Sequence record: PQ015378.1
Strand: one strand, 5' to 3'
Length of the DNA: 64,000 nt
The position numbers and the translations under genes are program-made. This document shows positions 57,050 through 64,000 of this stretch, piece after piece (position 1 is the first letter of the stretch; each line of letters starts with the position of its first letter). The notes beneath the pieces were generated by a model. That model had not been told where the DNA came from, did no database searches, and saw only the letters and a program-made list of their open reading frames with translations.

Positions 57050-59197
57050 ATGCCCACCGTGTATCAAGTCTCTGAAGCGTACATGCAGAAACTGCGGACA
57101 CGTGACATCGATGAAACCCTTCTCGGTAACGCGTGTCTCGATCCGTTCTATGGAACAACCTCTTCTGCTCGTGGTGCGATGTTCCTTTCGCACATCGGTC
57201 AGTCTCCGGAATCGGAAGGTTGTGAACCTCGCCGTTGGCAAGCTGGTATGGAGCTGCAATTCGGTGAGTACACGTTCGACGTGAAGTTCCCCGTAGACTG
57301 TGTGATCCTGGCAGTACTTCGCAAATACCCGACTTCGGGTATGGGCACCGCAATCCGTCGTAACCCGGTAACCACCGTCGTCTTCGAGCATTATTACGAC
57401 AAGCACAAGACCAAGGATGTCCTGCACATCACTGACTTCTGCTCGCTCCACCAAGACTTCGGTTTCAAACTCGAAAAGAACAAGCAAGTCATGGAGAACC
57501 TGGTCCCAGGCCAGATGTTCGCCAAAGGTACCGTCATCGCACAAACCCGTGCCGTTCGTGAGAATGGAATGTGGGGAGCAGGTGTGAACATGAACGCAGT
57601 GTTCTTGTCCATGCCAGCTACCATTGAAGACGGATTCATCTTCTCTGACAAAGCTCTGGAGAAACTCAGTCCTCGGATCTACAACGAAGCTGTGGGTAAC
57701 GCTGGTCGCAAAGCGTTCTTCTTGAACATGTACGGCGACGAGAACAACTACAAGCCATTCCCGGATATCGGTGAGAAGATTCGTCCTGACGGGGTGGTCT
57801 TCGCATTGCGGGAACTGGATCCAGATCTGTCACCAGCCGACATGACCTGTCGGGCGTTGATGACGCTGGACCGAACGTTCGACAAAGCAACGATCGGTAT
57901 CCCAGGTGCCACCGTGGTAGACATCAACATCTATCGCGACGATCGAGTGAATCCTTCCCACACCCCACTGGGTATGGACGGTCAGCTCATGAAGTATCAC
58001 ACGGCTCTGGCGAACTACTACCGCGAGATCATGAAGCTGTACAACAACCTGTATGGTCGTTGGAAAGATCAACTGCGTGTATCCCCTGAGTTCCACCAAC
58101 TCGTGGTAGAAGCGCAGATCCATCTACCAGTGAAACAAGACCAGCGGAAGCTCAGTCGCATGTGGCGCCTGGAGCCTCTGGACGAATGGCGTGTGTCGAT
58201 TACCTACGAAGCCATCAAGATGCCTGGTGGTGCTTACAAGGCAACTGACTGGCACGGTGGTAAGGGCGTAGTCTGTGGTGTAATGCCATGGGAAGACATG
58301 CCGGTAGACGAATGGGGCAATCGGGCTGATGTGGTGATCTTCGGTGGTTCGACGATGCGTCGTTCGAACTATGGTCGTCTCTACGAACAAGGCCTGGGTG
58401 CAGCAGCTCGTGACCTGGTACAACGCCTGCGCGTTGAGAAAGGTATGGACCGTCATGCAACTCCGACGGAACAACAACTCCAGGCAGCACTGGCAGATAA
58501 AGCCTGGGTAGACTACGCGTTCAATGAGCTCATCGAGTTCTATGAAATCGTAGCTCCATCCATGCCGCCAATCCTGCTGGAGAATCCAGACCCATATCAG
58601 CACGTGTATCACACGCTGCGTGATCAGTACTACCTGTTCACTCCGGTAACGGATCAGGTCTCGTTGATCGAAGCGGTAAACAAAGTCATCAACTCACGGT
58701 TCTGCCCGAACTTCGGCCCGATGACCTATCGTGGTCCAAACGGTGAAATGGTAACCACCAAAGACAAAGTGCTGTCTGGTTATCTGTACATCATGCTGCT
58801 GGAGAAGATCGGTGAAGACTGGTCGTCCGTAGCATCCGTGAAGACTCAGCCGTTCGGTCTACCTTCCAAACTGAACAACGCGGACCGTGCATCGACTCCT
58901 GGTCGTGAGACTGCGATTCGTTCGTGCGGTGAATCCGAAACTCGTTCGTACAACTCGGTAGTTGGCCCAGAAGCTACTAACGAGCTGATCGACCAAACCA
59001 ACAACCCAATGGCACACATCGCGGTGGTGAACTCCATCCTGACTGCCGATAAACCAACCAACATCGAACGCGCAGTAGATCGGGAAGCAATCCCGTTCGG
59101 TAACTCTCGTCCGGTGGCTCTGCTGAAACACCTGTTGGAATGCCGCGGTCTTCGTCTGAAGTACACACCGGATTCCGAAACCCGTTACGCTGCCTGA
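57050..59197 (+). CDS. nvRNAP beta subunit C-part (phiKZ gp71-73-like), uninterrupted
   Basis: GTTSSARGAMF, IEDGF, KPFPDIG, TDWHGGKGV, RRSNYGR, IRSCGESE; start after GGAG. Confidence 0.93.
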   Translation: MPTVYQVSEAYMQKLRTRDIDETLLGNACLDPFYGTTSSARGAMFLSHIGQSPESEGCEPRRWQAGMELQFGEYTFDVKFPVDCVILAVLRKYPTSGMGTAIRRNPVTTVVFEHYYDKHKTKDVLHITDFCSLHQDFGFKLEKNKQVMENLVPGQMFAKGTVIAQTRAVRENGMWGAGVNMNAVFLSMPATIEDGFIFSDKALEKLSPRIYNEAVGNAGRKAFFLNMYGDENNYKPFPDIGEKIRPDGVVFALRELDPDLSPADMTCRALMTLDRTFDKATIGIPGATVVDINIYRDDRVNPSHTPLGMDGQLMKYHTALANYYREIMKLYNNLYGRWKDQLRVSPEFHQLVVEAQIHLPVKQDQRKLSRMWRLEPLDEWRVSITYEAIKMPGGAYKATDWHGGKGVVCGVMPWEDMPVDEWGNRADVVIFGGSTMRRSNYGRLYEQGLGAAARDLVQRLRVEKGMDRHATPTEQQLQAALADKAWVDYAFNELIEFYEIVAPSMPPILLENPDPYQHVYHTLRDQYYLFTPVTDQVSLIEAVNKVINSRFCPNFGPMTYRGPNGEMVTTKDKVLSGYLYIMLLEKIGEDWSSVASVKTQPFGLPSKLNNADRASTPGRETAIRSCGESETRSYNSVVGPEATNELIDQTNNPMAHIAVVNSILTADKPTNIERAVDREAIPFGNSRPVALLKHLLECRGLRLKYTPDSETRYAA

Positions 59198-59204
59198 GGT
59201 ATTG

Positions 59205-61187
59205 ATGAACCACTACAAAGCCCGTGACCTGCTAAACATGCCTTATGAGCAGCTGTGGGCTCTGCCCTCAGAATGGCACGTCATTGAATTTGATGATGGC
59301 GAAAAGTTGCTGGCTCGGGACCGCATCACCAAGCTGTCGGTCCTGAACTGGTTTCCCCTGAAAGCGTATCCCGATGTACCGATCCTGAAAGCGTATCACA
59401 TGGGTTCGAAGCGAGTGACTGCAAAGTCACTCGTGTCGTATCTCAACAAGGTCATCTGGGGTGTCCACGATCACACCAACGAAGAAGCTGATCCAGAGCA
59501 CCTGGCTAAGCTGGCAATCCAATCCGTCAACTGGTTGTATAACGAAGCAACCGTAAACCTGGCCCCATACGTCGCAACGCTGTCTATGTTCGACATCGCT
59601 GAAGTGTACAACCACCCAGCGATCCGCGAAGCGAACGAGAATGTGGAGGAATCGACTTATGGCATCGAGCAAGTTGCCTACAAGAAGATCGCTGCAGCCT
59701 TCGATGATACTTCACAGTTCCGCGGGAACTCTATTATTGAAGGGTATCGTTCTGGTACTCAGAAGCTGGAACAGCTGCTCCAGGCCTTTGGTCCGCGGGG
59801 CTATCCGACTGATATTAACTCGGACATCTTCGCGCACCCGGTAACGGTTGGTTATGTGGATGGCATCTGGGATCTGTATGGTTCCATGATCGAATCCCGT
59901 TCCGGTACCAAAGCTCTGCTGTATAACAAAGAGCTGCTTCGTGTAACCGAGTACTTCAACCGTAAGTCCCAGCTGATCGCGCAATACGTTCAGCGTCTGC
60001 ACAAGGGTGATTGCGGTGGGGCAGTCCTGATCGACTTCCCTGTGTTCAAGAACACCCTCAAGGCACTGCGAGGTAAGTACTACCTCAAAGATGCCAAGAC
60101 TGGCCAACTGGATTGGATCCGTGGTGACGAAACTCACCTGATCGGAACCAAGATCCAGATGCGTTCGGTTATCGGATGTGTGCACCCAGACCCAGCAGGT
60201 GTATGTGCCAAGTGTTATGGTCGGCTGAGCTTCTCGATCATGCGTGGTACCAACATCGGTCAGGTCAGTGCTGTATCGATGGGGGACAAGATCACCTCAT
60301 CGGTATTGTCTACCAAGCACACCGACGCAACGTCGGCGGTAGAACAGTTCCAGATCACTGGTTCCGTAGCACGATATCTCCGCACGGGTAATGCAGCGGA
60401 AACGCTGTATTTGAAACATGACTTGGCAAACCAAGGATATAAGCTGTATATCAAGGCATCCGAAGCTCCGGCTTTGGCCGACGTCTTGATGATCAATGAC
60501 CTCTCCGCTTATCCGGCTGAATCCGCATCCGAGCTGACTCACATCGGCTTGATCCGGACGGACGAGAATGGTGAAGATCATGGCGACATCCTTCCGGTAT
60601 CGCTGTACAACCGGAAGTCCAGCTTGTCCACGGAAATGCTCTGTCACGTTAAGCGTATCGGTTGGGTCGAGGACAAACGCGATAACATCGTGATTGACCT
60701 TCAGGGCTTCGACTTCTCTCAACCATTCCTGACGTTGCCTAACAAGCACGTGAACATGTACGAGTTCATGAAACGCGTACAATCGTTCCTGCACTCGGGT
60801 GACAACGGTGATGGCTCGAAACTGTCGTCGGATAAGGTCGGCTTCACCAGCAAGACCTACCTGAAGAACTACCGAGATCCTGTCGATGCTCTTGCTGCTT
60901 TCGTATCGCTGATCAACGAGAAGATCAAACTGAACGTTGTTCATTGCGAAGTCTTGGTTTACGCTATGATGATTGTATCGGCACAGGCCAAAGACTATCG
61001 TCTGCCAATCCCAGGTATCACTGGTCAGTTTGAGAAGTATAACAAACTGATGGACAACCGTTCGTTGTCCAGCAAGCTGGCATTCGAGAAGCAACACGAG
61101 CCACTCAACAACCCCGGCAGCTTCCTGTACAAAAACAGGAACGACCACCCCTATGACATCGCTGTCTTGGGAGGTCAGATGTCCTAA
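59205..61187 (+). CDS. nvRNAP beta' subunit C-part (phiKZ gp74-like)
   Basis: TEYFNRK, LRGKYY, GVCAKCYG, VLSTKH and AFEKQ. Confidence 0.9.
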   Translation: MNHYKARDLLNMPYEQLWALPSEWHVIEFDDGEKLLARDRITKLSVLNWFPLKAYPDVPILKAYHMGSKRVTAKSLVSYLNKVIWGVHDHTNEEADPEHLAKLAIQSVNWLYNEATVNLAPYVATLSMFDIAEVYNHPAIREANENVEESTYGIEQVAYKKIAAAFDDTSQFRGNSIIEGYRSGTQKLEQLLQAFGPRGYPTDINSDIFAHPVTVGYVDGIWDLYGSMIESRSGTKALLYNKELLRVTEYFNRKSQLIAQYVQRLHKGDCGGAVLIDFPVFKNTLKALRGKYYLKDAKTGQLDWIRGDETHLIGTKIQMRSVIGCVHPDPAGVCAKCYGRLSFSIMRGTNIGQVSAVSMGDKITSSVLSTKHTDATSAVEQFQITGSVARYLRTGNAAETLYLKHDLANQGYKLYIKASEAPALADVLMINDLSAYPAESASELTHIGLIRTDENGEDHGDILPVSLYNRKSSLSTEMLCHVKRIGWVEDKRDNIVIDLQGFDFSQPFLTLPNKHVNMYEFMKRVQSFLHSGDNGDGSKLSSDKVGFTSKTYLKNYRDPVDALAAFVSLINEKIKLNVVHCEVLVYAMMIVSAQAKDYRLPIPGITGQFEKYNKLMDNRSLSSKLAFEKQHEPLNNPGSFLYKNRNDHPYDIAVLGGQMS

Positions 61188-61202
61188 GCGGAGGACGAAG
61201 TG

Positions 61203-61238
61203 GGAGGGCTTCGGCCCTCCATCACTCGTTTAATTTTT
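61203..61238 (+). terminator. UUCG terminator
   Basis: ggagggc-TTCG-gccctcc with a downstream T-run. Confidence 0.7.
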
Positions 61239-61239
61239 T

Positions 61240-62766
61240 ATGGAACCAGCACTGACAGTCGAAAGGTATACCCACGGTGTACGCTTGTCCGGCTACACGA
61301 AGGATACGCTGTACAAAATGCAGCGCTTCCTCGATACGTTACTGCTACGGGAACCGACTAAGGTCCAAGGCCGAATGGTCATGGTCACGAAGAAGAAGTA
61401 CTACGGCATGACGGAGGATGGGACTTCCATCTTCATCCACCGGAACTCGTACCCCCAGTTGGTATCCCACTTGGCCAATGTGGGGATCACAGATGAAAAG
61501 ATCAATGTGATCGACATTCCGGTTCCCAAGGCTGAACCCGCCACGTTTGTGGTGCAATCCAAGTTCACTGCACACGAGTATCAGGAGAAGATCAAAGAAG
61601 ACATTCTGAGACCTCACCTGCACTCCGCACGGGTGGACTTGCAAACAGGTAAGGGAAAGACCTTCAGTTCGTTGTACACGGTCTCTACGATCGCTCAGCG
61701 GCTTGTGGTCATGGTTCCTCCCAAGTACTTCGGTATCTGGCAGGAGGCATTGGAAGACGTCTACGAAAACATGCAGATGCGTTGGATGACCGTATCGGGA
61801 TCTGGAGAACTCCAGGCTCTAATCGACCGAGGGATCAATGATGATCTCAAGGGCATCGACGTGATCATTATCTCCAACGTAACCTATCGTTCGTATATAG
61901 ATGCATTCGAGCGATTGGGGGATAAGATCCACACCGTTGGTTACAATGCCCCGCCACCTCGTTTCCATGAAGCGATCAAAGCGGGCGTCCAGATCAACGA
62001 TGAGATCCAGGAAGACCCTGGTCTGCTGTTCCGTACCGACATTTACACCAACATCGCAAAACAGATCTACCTGTCTGCTACGCCGTACACTGGTAACTCC
62101 TACGTTACCAAGATGATCGATTTGATGCTTCCACCAGAAACGGCTTGTCGTCTGCCTGAATGGGATATGTATATCAACGCGGTCGGTGTTCTGTATAGCG
62201 AGCCTGACATCCGATCCAAAGATTATCTGACGCCGTTCAAGAACACGTATAACCATGCGCGTTACGAAACGCAGATGATGAAATCGAAGAAACGACTGCA
62301 GCTGTACAACACAATGGTGGCACGTATTATCCAGAAGCAATTCCTGGAAGATAAGCAGCCTGAGCAGAAATGCTTGGTACTGTGTGCGACTGTTGAATTC
62401 ATCAAGCAGTTGGTGAAGTTCCTCAAAGAGAAGTACCCGGATCAAGATATCTGGGAACACGTCTCTGGCTCGCCCTTCGAACGTCTGCAAACGAATGACA
62501 TCACCATCTCTACGATCAAGTCGTCGGGTACCGGTGTTGACATTAAGAACTTGCGTGAGGTGATCCTGTGTCAAGCAACTGACTCGAAGAAGGATAACAT
62601 CCAGATTCTGGGTCGACTGCGGAAACTCAAGCTCTACCCTGAAGTTACCCCACGGCTGACCTTCTTGGTTTGCCAGAACATTCCGCAGCATTGCAACTAC
62701 GCTCGGAATAAACGGGAACACTTCATGGGGAAAGCTCTCAACATGGCAATGCGGCGCTACGGTTAA
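61240..62766 (+). CDS. SF2 helicase (phiKZ gp75-like)
   Basis: LQTGKGKT, DEIQ, LSATP, GTGVDI and QILGRLR. Confidence 0.92.
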   Translation: MEPALTVERYTHGVRLSGYTKDTLYKMQRFLDTLLLREPTKVQGRMVMVTKKKYYGMTEDGTSIFIHRNSYPQLVSHLANVGITDEKINVIDIPVPKAEPATFVVQSKFTAHEYQEKIKEDILRPHLHSARVDLQTGKGKTFSSLYTVSTIAQRLVVMVPPKYFGIWQEALEDVYENMQMRWMTVSGSGELQALIDRGINDDLKGIDVIIISNVTYRSYIDAFERLGDKIHTVGYNAPPPRFHEAIKAGVQINDEIQEDPGLLFRTDIYTNIAKQIYLSATPYTGNSYVTKMIDLMLPPETACRLPEWDMYINAVGVLYSEPDIRSKDYLTPFKNTYNHARYETQMMKSKKRLQLYNTMVARIIQKQFLEDKQPEQKCLVLCATVEFIKQLVKFLKEKYPDQDIWEHVSGSPFERLQTNDITISTIKSSGTGVDIKNLREVILCQATDSKKDNIQILGRLRKLKLYPEVTPRLTFLVCQNIPQHCNYARNKREHFMGKALNMAMRRYG

Positions 62767-62768
62767 TG

Positions 62769-62794
62769 GCCTCCCTTCGGGGAGGCTTTATTTC
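62769..62794 (+). terminator. UUCG terminator
   Basis: gcctccc-TTCG-gggaggc-tttat. Confidence 0.75.
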
Positions 62795-62807
62795 GTCTGG
62801 AGGTTTT

Positions 62808-63020
62808 ATGAATCATTGGTTTTATTTCGGTATGGTCGTTCTGTTCAGTTCTGGCCTGTTCATTGGTTTAGGGTCGATGATGTTGTTGGAAGCACATGCT
62901 CACAAACGCAACGGCCTGCTCTGGCCATCGATGTTCTCGACACCCAAGCTGATCGTAGTGGTTGGTGTCTTTGCACTACTGTGTTCCTTTATGTACATCC
63001 ACATGGAGTTGCCGAAATGA
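62808..63020 (+). CDS. Small two-TM membrane protein
   Basis: ATG after GGAGG; two hydrophobic helices. Confidence 0.75.
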   Translation: MNHWFYFGMVVLFSSGLFIGLGSMMLLEAHAHKRNGLLWPSMFSTPKLIVVVGVFALLCSFMYIHMELPK

Positions 63021-63205
63021 GAGTATTCGCGGTTATCTTCTTGCTGTGTGTAACGGTTGTATTGGGTGCGTGTATCTGGCGTGATCGTAAGTACCCACGG
63101 TTAAAGAAAGGCTGGGACAAGTGCTGGCAACATCGCTTGGCTCTCGGTGGGTTGTTCGGGATGATCGTCTGTTTCTTAATGATGCTCATACTCTGGCTAA
63201 TCTAA
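63017..63205 (+). CDS. Small two-TM membrane protein
   Basis: ATGA overlap, GGAG; two TM helices with a basic loop. Confidence 0.7.
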   Translation: MRVFAVIFLLCVTVVLGACIWRDRKYPRLKKGWDKCWQHRLALGGLFGMIVCFLMMLILWLI

Positions 63206-63218
63206 CTTTCTAAAGACC

Positions 63219-63226
63219 TATATTAC
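63219..63226 (+). promoter_or_regulatory. Early promoter TATATTAC (ACC class)
   Basis: GACC-TATATTAC-AATCGTGAAT. Confidence 0.8.
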
Positions 63227-63260
63227 AATCGTGAATCTAACCCATCAAAAGGAATCTTTT

Positions 63261-63749
63261 ATGTCGAGCAAAGTAGATATTGAAACTGGTCCAGCCGCCC
63301 TTCGTGAAGCACCATTTATCATGGCCAACGCAATCTCGATGCTCCCCGACGAACTGACCGAACCAACGCTCGAATTCTACGTCGATAGCGCTGGGCGTAC
63401 CTGGGAAGCCGAGTACAACTGCGAACGTAACATCGCTGTAGCCTGCAAGAGCAAAACCCGCAATGGCAAGTACGACTGTGTACTGCGCCTGCCGCTGGCT
63501 TATGAGGATCGCACTGAAGCTCTGCGTTCTCTGGCGACATACGTCAACCGCATGGACCTACTCGAATACCTCTGGAGTACGTTGCAGACACGTATCGAAG
63601 CAGGAGAAGAGTTCAAGAATGAGCTCTTCAGTAGTGAAGGTACCTTCCGGTACGAGTTCAAGAACGATGAGATGCTTCACGTTACATGCATGACTCCATC
63701 CGATGTCGAGCTGTTCACTGTGTCCGTTCGTTTCAACGCATCCATTTAA
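63261..63749 (+). CDS. Hypothetical protein (early)
   Basis: ATG after AAGGA. Confidence 0.8.
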   Translation: MSSKVDIETGPAALREAPFIMANAISMLPDELTEPTLEFYVDSAGRTWEAEYNCERNIAVACKSKTRNGKYDCVLRLPLAYEDRTEALRSLATYVNRMDLLEYLWSTLQTRIEAGEEFKNELFSSEGTFRYEFKNDEMLHVTCMTPSDVELFTVSVRFNASI

Positions 63750-63759
63750 GGAGAACGCC

Positions 63760-63957
63760 ATGTGGGGTATTATCGCAATCGGTATTCTGATCATCTTCGT
63801 CTTTGGTGTACTGCTGGCATTCCTCGGCTTTGACATGTGGAAAGACTCCCGTACTCCAATCGGTAAGCTGGTCGCTACCCTGGTCCTGCTGTGTGGTGCG
63901 TTGGTATTGTGGTTGGATGGTGCCGCCGTACAACTCATCTTCGAAAACTTGAAATAA
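63760..63957 (+). CDS. Small two-TM membrane protein
   Basis: ATG after AAGGAG; two hydrophobic helices. Confidence 0.8.
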   Translation: MWGIIAIGILIIFVFGVLLAFLGFDMWKDSRTPIGKLVATLVLLCGALVLWLDGAAVQLIFENLK

Positions 63958-63966
63958 GGAAATCAC

Positions 63967-64000
63967 ATGTTCGTAGAACTTCCAATCATTCTGCTGATGA
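63967..64000 (+). CDS. Start of a further ORF (truncated by the window)
   Basis: AAGGA then ATG TTC GTA GAA CTT CCA ATC ATT CTG CTG ATG. Confidence 0.6.
   Translation, partial: MFVELPIILLM

Noticed and set aside
3599-62794. Repeated hairpins as a CRISPR array or REP/IS ends
   Set aside because: Copies are kilobases apart, sit at gene ends, have no regular spacers, and no transposase or cas gene is present.

Overview
The window is a 64-kb segment of a phiKZ-like, nucleus-forming jumbo phage (Chimalliviridae type, probably infecting Pseudomonas; host and lineage are inference). Gene order follows what I recall of phiKZ/201phi2-1/phiPA3: nrdA (running off the left edge), a ChmB-like candidate, DHFR, terminase, three virion genes, tail sheath and tube, accessory genes, PhuZ tubulin, the split family-B DNA polymerase subunit, chimallin ChmA, nvRNAP beta' N-part, an SbcD/Mre11 nuclease, ChmC, the sigma-like nvRNAP subunit, PicA/Imp1, nvRNAP beta C-part and beta' C-part, and an SF2 helicase. 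phiKZ gp numbers are from recalled synteny and motifs, not database searches. I found no tRNA, CRISPR array, IS element or intron. The most notable unexplained signals are: (1) an in-frame fusion of a gp64-like gene to SbcD that looks like a one-base slip in a G5 run; (2) about 22 dispersed hairpins, most carrying a TATGYCG-type flank, often paired with early promoters; (3) two classes of early promoter and a candidate bipartite TACT-N14-TAYGTG middle promoter; (4) structured non-coding elements at 1794-1950, 22993-23148 and 40649-40922; (5) accessory enzymes (an early nucleotidyltransferase, a Cys-His-Asp mini-protein, a tyrosine phosphatase) and a long Q/M-rich tail in the gene after picA.
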